DNA of 64,000 nt from Eutreptiella sp. 'Long Island Sound 2002' (taxonomy: Eukaryota > Protista > Euglenida), in contig OZ038378.1 in assembly GCA_964036045.1 (NCBI GenBank), positions 24,862,001-24,926,000 on the forward strand, written 5' to 3'. This document shows positions 52,901 to 64,000 of the stretch, piece after piece. Every line of letters begins with the position of its first letter. The first letter of the stretch is position 1. The notes under the pieces were generated by a model. The model saw only the letters and a program-made list of their open reading frames with translations, did not search any database and was not told the origin of the DNA. A program made the translations under genes and the position numbers.

Positions 52901-55900
52901 CTATTCCTGAGTCTGCCACCCCTGTTGCCTTACCGTGGGGCTGCCTGTCTGCTAATGTTCAGGGGTTAAATAGGTCAGTTGAAATACGCAGGACCAAGTG
53001 GGATGAAGTGGTTGAGATGTGTGTCACCTCAGATGCCAGGGTGCTGTTCATTCAAGAAACCCGGGGCTCAGTGAAAAAGCTAGACAGGCGACAAATTGAT
53101 GGCTTTTGGCATCGCTCCTCTGCTCACTGCGATGTTGGTAAAGGCCTAGAAGTCTGGGTTTTGTCATCCTGGGCACAGTTCAAAACTGTTCTTCTGGATA
53201 CTGACCACTCTTTTCTTGTGGTGGTCCACAATGCCTGGGGTTTGGGGGTCCTAGGTAGCGTACACATGGCACAGAGGTCTGACGAACTGTTATACAATCA
53301 ACAGTTGGTGCATCTGATTTTCGGTCTCCAACAGCTACCAGTGTCGTGGCTCATCGTGGGGGGTGAATGGAATAGGGACATCCGCACGCATAAATTGTAA
53401 GTTGCCCTTCTTAAGTTTCTGGGTGCCCGAGTTGCGTTCATGCAGGGGAGGGTTCATCTTCCCAAGGACTTTTGCATTATAAAAGGAGTCTCGGGGCAAT
53501 CCAGCGGTATGTGGCTAAGAGAGGTTGGCGACCACCCAGTTGTTTGGATTCGAGGGTGTCAGACAGCAAAGGCAGGAGCCACAGGATCCTTGATGCGCCC
53601 GGTTGAACCTCGCAATTGGGACCATGACAGCAGAGCGATTTTTTCCAATCTCATGGAAGCCATGAGTCTCGGCATCAGTGATGCGTCTAGCTGGCTGCAG
53701 GCCTATAGGGAGTGTATCTCAGTCGTCAACCGTGTGGTGAGTAGTCCTAAATCTCACGAGGTCCACTCGGAGCTGAAATCGGTAGTCGCGTCTCTCAAGG
53801 CCATTACAGGCGGGCGGGGCTGGAGAGTGCAGCGCTCCCTAGAGTTCAGATTGTGCTCCAAATACTGGTCTACGGCGATTAGTGACTGGAAAGCTGTGTC
53901 AGGAACAGGTCTCACGGGGCGAACCATGAAGGTGCAGAAGTTGCAAGCAGCAAACCCGTTCATTGCGTTACATCAGGTAACGGACATATCCTGTCAATCT
54001 CTGGTGACAGGTAGGGACATCCTGCAGGTGTTGCCCAGGGAGTGTGTCCTGAAATACCCTGTGCGCTCCACTATTGTTCCTCCTGAGTGGGTTCAGTCTG
54101 TCATGCGCCACAGGTATGTGCTGCACCTCACCCCTGTTGCAATCGAGGCCCGCAGGTACCTGATTCTCTCACAAGTGATGCAGGTCTCAGTAGAGTCCCT
54201 GTTGCGTATCCGGCACAAACTGACCAGTGCGACGGCAGGGGTTGATGGTTTTATACCAAATCTAGTGAAATGGATGGGGCTGGCGTCCCTCTTCCGGGTG
54301 ACTCAGATACTCAGACTTCCCTTTGATCAGTGGCCTTTGGAGGTTTTCTCGGCTCTACACCTTACACTAAAAAAATCTGCGGGTGACAATGTCAATGTCA
54401 ATACTAGGCCTATAAAACTTCTCTCAGCCCTATTTCGCATACAGGCTAAAACTGTATGCCCCTTTGATTCAGCTGGCCACAACACCAAGTGAGTATGGTT
54501 GTAGACAGTATGCAGGGTTTAAAGGGTCTTCCGCACATGCCCTGCGCCGCATGCTACACACAGTGATCACCCAATCCCTGGCGGTGCGAGGTGATGTTAC
54601 GACGATGTTTTTGGATTTCTCTGGTGCCTTTGATGAAATCAACAGGCAAGCCATTCTGAGGGTTGCTGATATGTATCTGTTTTTACGTGGAGTTGTGCAT
54701 GAAGTGGTTCATCACTACATGTCCTTCAGGCAATACGTGGTTTCTGCCCTGGGCCTATCAGAGTCGTATTGTCAAGTGGAGGGTGTCCTTCTAGGGGGGG
54801 GTTTAGATCCACTTTTTTGTATACTTGCGGTTAATTTGATACATCTTGCCATGCGTCAACTGGGAGTTGGGGTTCCGGTATGTGTTCCTCCCTCGGTAGA
54901 AATGATTGCTTCTCTGGGCTATGTAGACGACAGAGTGGGGTTTTCTAGCATAGACGATAGACAGCGAGTGGCCGACCGCCATCGAGTTATGATTGACTGC
55001 GTCGGACAACGCAACAATAGCTCCAAAATGAACGTTCAAGTACTTCAGGTCAAGCAAGGCTCAGTCTGCAGTGTCAGCAAATCGGTCGTCTGGGACGACA
55101 AGCCAGTGTGGTCCACCAGTAGACACCAACACATAAAATTCCTGGGGGGGAACGCTAATATTCTAGGAAGGTTCCCTACCATCAAAAAAGTCATTACAAG
55201 GTCGTCTCGAACGGTCATCAGCAGGCTGCGAGGGTGGCCCGTGTCGGTGGGTGTGGCACACACTGTGATAGAAGGACTTGTAGTCAACAGGCTTGTGTTT
55301 CGCTGCTGTGTGAATGTGCCAACGGATGTGCAAATCAGTTCAGTGACAGGGTCCATATGCAGGGTGTACAGACTGGTCTTTGGGTTGGCTCCCAATACTC
55401 CACGTGCCTGCATAGTTTGCATTCTAGGAAGAGCTGCCCCTGATCATGTCCTTTGGGTCACAGTCATCAATGAACTGTTTAAGTCTCTAAATGGGCCCAA
55501 CGCCCTACTGGCCCAATCTGTGTGGGCACACTGGTCGAACCCGTGCCTACATCACTTTGACAGCGACTCTCAGCGCATTCAGTCCAGGCTCCGAAGCTTG
55601 GGCATTCAGTTTCGCAAACTCGGGACAGGTCAAGGGGCTAAGTGGTGTGTGAAACCGCCTCGGGGGGTTGCTTTTCCTACGGTTTTGTATGTTTTTGGTG
55701 ATGCAAGCCTCAAGGATTGCTGGGGGGGAGCGGCAAAAGTTGTGGACGGTCAGGGTCATGTGTGGCTGGAATACAGTGTATCCCTCTCTGCTATTGGTCT
55801 CAGCACCAAGTTGGTAGAAGCCTCTGTTGTTGTCTCTGCCGTAGGTGCCATTGCGGAATTCGTCTCCTCCGGTGGCGTGTGCTTAAAAGAAATCTGGGTG

Positions 55901-57444
55901 TGGTCTGACTGTTTGTCAGCTGTGCAGTCTCTGCAGTCCAGAGACATGGCGGACAAAACTGCATCAATCATGGACAGGGTTGTCGCGCACTTTGTCTTGA
56001 CGCATCTTCCGGTTCAGATGGGTTGGGTGCCAGCACAACACGATACGGAACTTGATGACTGGATATCATCGTTCGACTCAGAAATGTACTCTGAAGCGAA
56101 AAGTGGTGCGCGCGGTGAGCGTCAGGAGGTCTCAGATCTTGATGTATGGTTGGACAGAGATTCCATTCTTCCATTCCAAGGTGACAGATTGATTGTCGAC
56201 CTCAAACGACATTTGATTAGTCAATCTGATGATGCTCTCCTCAGCGTCTCTTCCTCTTGCTCGCCCACCCCTCCGGAGAGATCATGGCGCATGGTGCTAC
56301 CCCGTGACCGTATCGCTCTTCGATGGGGGGGTGTTGAGATTTTGGGACATCCGGGTCTGTTCATTGTCTGGTGTCATCCTGCGAAGGGAGCTGCCATATC
56401 TGATTCCTCGACATCAGTGAAGCCTGTGTGGCCCATATGGCTGGGGTTAGGCCCAGTTAGGGGTACTTCGCTGGTTCTCTCCAAATTGGGTGTCAGTCAA
56501 CCACATATCCTTATTTATCAAGTCCTAGAGAGCACGTATGCCATGGTACACGGTGGGTACGATACAGATAATGTTCGGCTGCCGTGCCCTCTGTTTCATT
56601 CTCAGTGGACTGCAGGAATGTTCTCAGGTGTGCTGCTGGGGTTTCAGGCGCCAACAGCACATCTGGACAGTCACACTACCTCCAACCTACTCTGGGTTCT
56701 TTTCTCGTCTGTCGGGGGGAAAGGATAAGTAGGGCATGTTCTGGTGAGTTGCAAGAGGACAATTAAGATGACGGTCTAGCACTCGAAAGTCCCCTCCGTA
56801 TGGATCTGCGAATGCCAAGGGAACCTTCATTCTGTCGTCAGAGAGGCAATGAGGAGACGACTGGGGGGGGGGGGTGTGTATTGGTGCCTCCTGGGTGTGC
56901 AATGGCCATGGGAGGGGCTTCGCCAGGATTCGGGACTCCAGCTGTGGCGTTTTATGGTGCGGACAGAGCAGTCGTGTCTGTCACTGGGGTGGGTTGTTTC
57001 TGATGCCTCTCACTCCCGTGGTGTTCCCCCACCTGTGCTGAAACCTGTTCTAGATATGCAGATTTGGTAACCGTCTCTCTTCAAGGCGTGCGAACAGGTA
57101 TCAGCCAGATTCTGGGAGGCACAGATCGACATCGGCTCCCAGCACGACTTATGGGTCATACCACTATGCCTATTCTGGGTCTAAGGGAAGCAAAGAAGGA
57201 TCCATGGGTAAGCAGGGTGGCAAGAGCAAGGGGAAACGCATGTACTAAGTCGACATAACACGTGCCTTCAGAAGGGAGTGGCCTGGGTCGACAGTCACAT
57301 CCTTGCTAAGTCACATTCGTTCAAAGATTTGATTTGCTTTGTGTTCGGTGTGTAGGTTGTAGGGGAGGCTTGCTGTGGAACTAGGAAGGGGACTGGTCCG
57401 AACCCAGACAAAGCGGATTTTTCAAATCAAATCAAATCAAATCA
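49943..57444 (+). mobile_element. Family A copy A5, internally deleted (7502 bp)
   Basis: Full 5' end and (CAAAT)4CA end. Carries the 327-bp deletion shared with A2 plus private deletions at about 50635, 52124 and 56302. Confidence 0.95.
50293..57070 (+). pseudogene. Family A polyprotein, copy A5, upstream ORF fused in frame to ORF1-EN; disrupted
   Basis: 50293-53400 is open across the ORF1/EN boundary. TAA 53398, +1 A near 54450, TAA 56726, TAG 56777. Confidence 0.88.
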
Positions 57445-57698
57445 TGTATGTATGTATGTATGTATGTATGTATGTATGTATGTATGTATGTATGTATGTA
57501 TGTATGTATGTATGTATGTATGTATGTATGTATGTATGTATGTATGTATGTATGTATGTATGTATGTATGTATGTATGTATGTATGTATGTATGTATGTA
57601 TGTATGTATGTATGTATGTATGTATGTATGTATGTATGTATGTATGTATGTATGTATGTATGTATGTATGTATCTATGTATGTATGTATGTATGTATG

Positions 57699-57742
<44 letters not shown>
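57445..57742. repeat. (TGTA)64 followed by about (TA)21
   Basis: TGTA tract 57445-57700, then TA tract to 57742. Right boundary of the cluster. Confidence 0.97.
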
Positions 57743-57745
<3 letters not shown>

Positions 57746-57861
57746 GTTCGAATGCAACTGCAAAAGTGTGGTGATAGCAACTCGGGGCGGTGGCCTCGGA
57801 CCACACCGCCATGATGGTTCATCACCCCTCCCCGCTTACACCACACTTGCACCAGCTTTCT

Positions 57862-58063
57862 CAGAAGTGGCCCACTTGTGGGCATGGTGCCTACAAAACC
57901 CTTGCCGCCTGGGGGATCCCCTCCGCTTCAGAGCGGGGGGCAGAATCAGAAGTGGCCCACTTGTGGGCAAGGTGGCTACATAACCCCTGCCGCCTGGGGG
58001 ATCCCCTCCGCTTCAGAGCGGGGGGCAGAATCAGAAGTGGCCCACAAGTGGCTACATAACCCC
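57862..58063. repeat. 85-bp tandem repeat, about 2.3 copies, palindrome-rich
   Basis: CAGAAGTGGCCCAC at 57862, 57947 and 58032. Confidence 0.85.
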
Positions 58064-59120
58064 ATTGGGCGCCTTTGGCGCCGGGGCGCCTATGGCGCCC
58101 GTCGGCTCCTTGGGCTCATACCTTTGACAACTAACTATTGGCCGGAGGCCCCTGGGGGGGAGGAGGGGTAGTTGGCGTCCTAGGACCCGCGGAGTCCCCC
58201 CCCCCCCCGTGAGATGAAGTGCAAGGTTGGAAAGGGCTTCTATTCGGCATCTAAATGCTTTCCATCTCTTGTCTTGCATGGTGCACCTTGACAATTCAAC
58301 TATGCCACATCCTAAATGCTTAAGAAGCTGAAAAAAACCCCTGGCACGGAACAAAAAACTTGTGAAAAGGGGTCAAAACTAGGGTTCGAGTATTTGTCGA
58401 CATCCAAAACTTCGCAATGTGTGCATGGCGTTCCCTTGTTTCGCCCTAGGGGCCCGGTGAACCCACCGTTGGCCCCCACCGTGTGCGGCCCGTGTTGCCC
58501 TCCGGTTCCACTTAATGACCACTAGTACGGGGGTCTACACGTCTCGTTGGGCGATTGTGAGGGTTGGAAACCACAGAAAGTGGGGGGTTGCGGGTGGACT
58601 AGGTGCCCTCGGAATTCGGTTTTGAACCACGTAGCCCAAGATACCACCCGTTCTTGGTTTGGCAAAAATTGCGCACATTCAACCAATTTTTGGGCCATTT
58701 TTGGGCCGCTTCTCCGACATATCGTGGTGTGAGAGGGCAACAAAGGCCTCTTTGTCACGGGGCAATCAAGGCGCACGTGGAGCATAACAACCATTTCTGT
58801 TTATTTGGCCGTTTTGACTAGGTTCCGGGGCCGTTTCGGGCCAAAAAAACCCGTTTTGGGGCACAAAATGCGCAGTTTTGGGAGGGCACCTCCCGACGTG
58901 GCGCCGCCGCCCCGGGGCGCCACTGGTGATTTTTTGGCTCAAACCTTGCATTTGGCAAGGGCACCACCTAGGCTCTAGGATGGCTAGATTAGATTAGAGC
59001 CCCAAGCGTTGGAACGGAGTAATGGCCAAAACGGAAAGGAGAAGTGTTGCCTACTTGCTTGCGTGCTTGCTTGTTGCTTGTTGCGTGTTGTTAGCTAGAT
59101 GTAAGGGGAGAGGGGAGTAG

Positions 59121-59123
<3 letters not shown>

Positions 59124-59178
<55 letters not shown>

Positions 59179-59195
59179 CGCTCGCTCGCTCGCTC
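59124..59195. repeat. (TC)n-(GCTC)n microsatellite
   Basis: Read directly. Confidence 0.95.
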
Positions 59196-60059
59196 GGGGA
59201 CATTCAGAATATGCCAACTTTCTGGGGCTTGGCACTTTTCGGTAATTTCTACAACTTGTGCTTCCATGTGCAAATATGTCGTCACTTGCGCGGGGGGGGG
59301 GGGGGGGCTAATGTGTATACTTTTTGAAATCTGCAAGAAAACGCCATTTCAGAAGTGTATGGGTTGGGGGAGGAGGGGGGGGGGGGTTGCCATTGTTCAG
59401 CGTAACACGACACATTGGTCGGTGCACACAAACATGGCACTGCACCGTTCGTCCATTTTTATTTAGAATAACGGTCATCGTCAGCATTCCTTTTTTTGGG
59501 GAGGCATTAGGGCAGACATCCCCCTGTTTGCGGACAGGGACATGTTTCTTCAATGTTTGCCAATCCTGCAACCTCCGTGCCTTCACTGGCATCCAACCTT
59601 CGTTAAGGGGCATGTCTTGGGGACGCTGCCGATGATGCCAACTTTCTGGGTTTTCAAGGGTCGGTGCCATTGTTGCCTCATTTGTGCCCACTGAGTGTTC
59701 CGGAGGTAGGGGTATTCGGAAAGCCTTGGAAAAGGGCTACTTGGAACACCGTGGGTCTGCATGCTATACTGACGACATGTTTGAGATTTTTGTCCGTTTC
59801 GGACGGTGCATGTATTGCCTGCTGCCTCTTTTTTTCAATAGTGAGCTGCCATGTCTTCATACAAATTTATGCCACGGGCTGTTGCTTCCCCGGATGCACC
59901 ACAAAAGCCGTTGACGCGCAAAAGGGCTCGCTCTGGGGGTGCATCTACAGCCCCATCCCAGTTATGTATGGCTAAAATCGGGATACAGTGAGGCCATTCC
60001 CTAGCGCAAGGTGGGGTTGATCAAACAACAAAACGTGGGCCTCACAACCGTTCCATCGG

Positions 60060-60061
<2 letters not shown>

Positions 60062-60102
<41 letters not shown>

Positions 60103-60189
60103 ATACAGTTGTATATATTTCTCTGAATGTTTATATATGTATTTATGTATGTGTGTGGGTGTGTGGGTGTGTGTGTGTGTGTGTGTGTG
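60062..60189. repeat. (GA)n and (TG)n microsatellites
   Basis: (GA)n 60062-60097 and (TG)n about 60150-60189. Confidence 0.9.
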
Positions 60190-60199
60190 ACGCCCAATT

Positions 60200-60693
60200 A
60201 AGTTGTACCAATTTTACCAGGTCTCCCGGTTGAGCCCGTATAGGCCACACTGGCGTCCTCGGGTCGCGTCGCTTACCCCATCATAGCAGGCCCACGGTGC
60301 AGGCCAGGGGTGTGAGTGCGTCCCTGTGTTACCCCTCGACCAGTGCGATATGCACTTGGGCCAGAACCTGGCTCGCTGCCCCAGGACCACCCTGGAAGTG
60401 GGGTGGTGGCTCCGTGGCTTCCGCCGTGCCAGCTCCACGGCATGAGTTCGACGAGCCCGTCATCGCCATGTTGCCCCGTGTGTTGTATGTATATTGGGGC
60501 TTCCACAGCTGGTGGTGCTCGCGGCAGCGAGGCGGCCTCCACGGCCTACTCATTTGGCGATTTCCCCAGAAAGGATGCCCTTGACGCACGGCTGCCGCCG
60601 CCCGCCTCCAGACATGCCCGCTCCGGGGGTAGAACCCACGACCTTACGGTTGCGAGACCTACGCTTAGCCCTGTTGAGTGAGCTGGGGATCCT
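60200..60693 (-). mobile_element. tRNA-derived SINE, 494 bp, with a 16-bp TSD
   Basis: TSD TGTGTGACGCCCAATT at 60184-60199 and 60694-60709. Minus-strand head AGGATCCCCAGCTCACTCAAC...AAGGTCGTGGGTTCTACCCCCG has A-box-like (AGCTCA) and B-box-like (GGTTCTACCC) motifs at tRNA spacing. Confidence 0.7.
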
Positions 60694-61107
60694 TGTGTGA
60701 CGCCCAATTCATTCAAATCATGCTCAAACTGCGAGGTTCAACAATGATGCGACTAAACCATGAGTTCTGGTGTTCTGTTGCCCTGCCGCCGGGCATCAGG
60801 AACCGGGTTGAGATGACACACAACATGCAACAAGAGGGAGTGGGGCTTGTGCTCCTACCGCATCCCACATCCCTAGTCCGTGCTCCCGTGCTTCCCTGCG
60901 CGGAGGCCCCACTCGGCGAGTCCGGTGTGCTGTTGGCGGACGCAGGGGTGAGAAACCCACGGGTGCCGCTGGAGCTCATGTGCTGGGAGGGGGTGGAAGG
61001 GGGTGGGGTGGCGACTGGTTCTATGTGACCTGTTTGTCGGTGCTGAACTCATGACCATAAGAAAGCATTGGCTTAATGAGGCCTAGCGGTCCCCAACCAT
61101 GGCTTTT

Positions 61108-61175
61108 GGCCACGTGCCACAGCGGCTGAGCAGCCGGCTGCTGCCCTGAAGACGCCGGTTCGAAGCCCCTCGCCG
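61108..61175 (+). pseudogene. Degenerate tRNA-like sequence (SINE head or tRNA pseudogene)
   Basis: A-box-like TGCCACAGCGG and B-box/T-arm-like CCGGTTCGAAGCCC at tRNA spacing. Stems are imperfect. Confidence 0.35.
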
Positions 61176-61858
61176 AAGGGGAACACGAGGAGAAGACGCG
61201 GCTCCTGTTGGCCGGTGGTACCGGTGACGGGGGGCACTGTTGCAAGTGTGTTGTGCTCGGTGCCTTGCTTTTCTGTGCGCTCTATTGCTCCTCTGCAGTC
61301 TGGACTCGGCAATGACAAAAGTAGAAACTACAGGACGAGACACGCCACCCATCCGTGGGCGGTACCGGTGGTGGAGGGGGCTGCTGAAGGGGGCGGTGGA
61401 GGGGTCCTCGCCAACGGGCCCCTGGGCGGACGGACGGACGAACCGGGGCTCGAACCACCGCGAAGAGTCTGGCTGGCGCGGGGGTTGACCGTGTTTCGAA
61501 CGACGTGGGGGGGGAGGGGGCCTTCCTCTGACATGGCCATGGACCCTATCTTGGCGCTTAGTCCCGCTTCCCGTTCCTGTTGAGTGGAGGTGAAGACCAC
61601 AAACTGCTGCTGTTTCCCGGAATCCAGAACGATCGGCCTACTTAGCTCGTGTGGGGACCCGTGCTTCCATGGTGGACAGTGCGTGGCCCCTGCTAGCATA
61701 TATTACGGATTGCTGTACCTCCACGGACACGCCAGTGCTATGGACACACTTGACACACTCGTCTCATTCAGAACTCCACCCACTATTAAACTCGGCCAGT
61801 GAACACTCGCTTGAGTGTAGCCTAGCCGGGGAGCAGCTGGTTCGCCAGAGAGTGCGCC

Positions 61859-63193
61859 ATGCCCACCGGACGGGGCGGCAGGCTCGCCAGTCAGCTTGGG
61901 AAGCGATTGAGATGGTTCATCCGAGTACTCCCCCCCCCCGGCTCTTGGGGGGGGGGGGGCACACCGCAGAGAGAGGCACAAGCCTGGGAAGCACTGGATA
62001 CACCAGTGTTCAGCCCACTCCCGTACATCCCCTTGGGCAGTGCGGAGGTGGAGAGGATGCTTAGACGGTCGCAGGCGGAAGCTGGGGCGGGGGATGAGCC
62101 AGTTACCCCAGATATCATCCCCCTCCCGTACACCCCCCTAAGCAGTGCGGAGGTCCAGCGCATGCTAAAGAGAGCAAGAAAGCACCCAAGAACGGCCGCT
62201 GAGGTCTTCCAGTAGGCGGGGCCGCAACAATTATGTCAGGTTTGAACCATTTTTGTGTGAGATAGCATAAGAGGCATGGACGGTCTGGTGGTATGCGCCA
62301 TGGGTGGCGCTGGTCGTCGTCGGGTGCAACTGGGCAATAAGCAACTACACCACGTTGTGCGATGCATGGGCAAGTCCGGCCCGGACTGGGTGACGTATCC
62401 GTCCCGTGCGTTGGGGATGGCGCGCGTGGTGTATCACCCCATGGAAGACGAAGAGCCGTCGGACATGCTAAATCACGACTCGGAAACACCATTCTTTGCG
62501 GCCATGAGATATGATGAATTCTTCGGCAAGGAATTCCAAAGCTGCCCGATGGTGTTGCATTGCTACTGGACCGGGCGGAATGATGAACTCAACGCAAAGC
62601 TTTGGTGGATGATCTGCTCTGAGACGCAAAAGCTCATCCCACGAGAGAAGTTCTCCCTGCAGGTTACGTCCCGAAAGAGGGTGAAACTGGGGTTCTCGGA
62701 GGCGTCCCACTACAAGGAATGGCAGCGAGACGCCATGCCGGAGCTCATAGTGCGAGGGCTGAAGTTTATGGACGACCGGACGGATCAGGAGATTGGAGAA
62801 TATGGGGGACTATCGGACACGGACACGTCTATTTCGTCCTCGTGCTCTGAGGGACAAGGAGCAGAGACATTTATCGTGTATGATGTACAGCCTTGGATGA
62901 AAAAAGCAGAGGTGCGGTCCATTTTCAGCGCCACCAAGGCGGCAGAGCCAAAGCGCTTGAGACCCGTGTCCTGGATGCCCGGGGACACGGATTTGGCGGC
63001 ATGGCGCGTACAAAACCCCGGAGTGGAGGCGTCAATCACCAGTGTGAATAGGGATGGTACGACGGGCCAGAATGTTTATGTGATTTCACTCCGACAATAT
63101 AGCTCATGGATTGAACCCTCCAAGTTGTGCCTCGAGCACAATTCGATATCTTTGAGCTCGGTACAAGGGTGGCTGTGCTGGGTCGCCATCTAG
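61859..63193 (+). pseudogene. Fragmented coding region, possibly LINE ORF1-like (RRM-like segment)
   Basis: ORFs 61859-62215 and 62276-63193 have protein-like composition. TFIVYDVQPWMKKAEVRSIF resembles RRM beta1-alpha1. Confidence 0.3.
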
Positions 63194-63687
63194 GCGAGGT
63201 GGCTTATTCCGTGCGACTATATCTCTTTTCTGCGGTTGGACGCCACGACAGCAGTCTTGCAAAGGTGGTACTCTGTGATCCAACTGTGGGGCTCCCTTTC
63301 GCAAGGGGCGCTACCGGCCAGTGTGGTCAAGACCACGTTGCACGCAATGGCGCAGTTCCTTCAAGTCAGACAAAGCTCGGCGGTACTACCAGTTCACAGA
63401 CAGCAACGATATTTCCCATTGGGCTTTTTTCGAGCCACACCAGCGGATCAAACGGAAGAGAGCCTGCCAATTGGTGGCAGCGGCAAACCCCCTTCCCTCT
63501 CGGTATGTACGGCGGCTTTATGTTCCCCATGGGGACCTGTGCCAGGAGGCGCCAGCTTCGGGCACGGCGGCAGGGGAAATTTTCACAGGGTGTTTGAACC
63601 CGACATGTCTCCACTTCAAGGCGAATGTGCGGTGTTGGCACAGGCCCTCAGAGACACACCACAGGATGTTGCCCTACAATTTTCTTG

Positions 63688-64000
63688 TCAAGTGTCGGGG
63701 TTACGGGTGAGTGTGCCTGAAAAGGTGTTACAGGGGTGGACGTCGGAGTGGTCCGCAAGTTCTTTACTTAACGCCCTGAGCTCTGGGAGCGTCATCGCTT
63801 GATTTATTTCCAACAAGAGGTCCAGTCTGCCTAATTTTATCATGGGTGGCACATGCCTATACCATTTCCCCAAGTCAGAGAGCTCCTTCGCATCTGCCAC
63901 CAGCAGTGCATTGAGCCCTTCCTCCTCGTCTGGCAGAAGGGCCCTGATAAACTCCTCCCAACGGCCTGTGAGAGCTTGCCATTGGACCGGCTCGTTTCGT
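63688..64000 (-). pseudogene. Minus-strand ORF entering from beyond the window end, product unknown
   Basis: The frame is open from about 63999 (RNEPVQWQALTGRWEEFIRALLPDEEEG...) to the stop at 63688. Broken protein-like fragments continue to about 63100. Confidence 0.3.

Noticed and set aside
9691-57444. LTR, DIRS or Penelope classification
   Set aside because: No LTRs, integrase, tyrosine recombinase or GIY-YIG motifs. An N-terminal APE plus non-LTR RT motifs indicate a LINE.
59308-59975. BED-finger or transposase remnant (VQCHVC)
   Set aside because: A single CxxC with no supporting His pair, DDE motif or terminal repeats.
60620-60693. Functional tRNA gene
   Set aside because: Stems are degenerate and it is the head of a 494-bp unit flanked by a TSD, so it is better explained as a SINE.

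Overview
Eukaryotic, repeat-dominated window with no recognisable host gene, rRNA gene, intact tRNA gene or CRISPR array. About 75% of it (9691-57444) is a head-to-tail array of five copies (A1-A5, 7.5-11.4 kb) of one non-LTR retrotransposon ('family A'). Copies are separated only by near-pure (TGTA)n tracts of 152, 124, 200, 288, 48 and 256 bp, and every junction is in the same repeat phase. The family A consensus is a single ~2405-codon ORF: a ~900-aa ORF1-like region, then an APE endonuclease, reverse transcriptase (YVDD), RNase H, a CCHC finger and a ~280-aa tail. Each copy ends in an invariant (CAAAT)4CA that can fold back on the 3' UTR. All five copies are disrupted, at largely different positions, and are mosaics of one another. 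The array sits in a compound TA/TGTA microsatellite that also holds a 5'-truncated LINE of a second family (B, 5409-9528, (TATGAC)3 tail). Copy A4 carries a nested 1.86-kb retro-insert (family C) with a 17-bp TSD, a (CTTTAC)3 tail and eleven 82-bp hairpin repeats. The flanks hold decayed ORF fragments, minisatellites and a tRNA-derived SINE with a 16-bp TSD. Domain calls come from motif recognition by eye. No alignments or database searches were run, and the host lineage cannot be fixed from this window.
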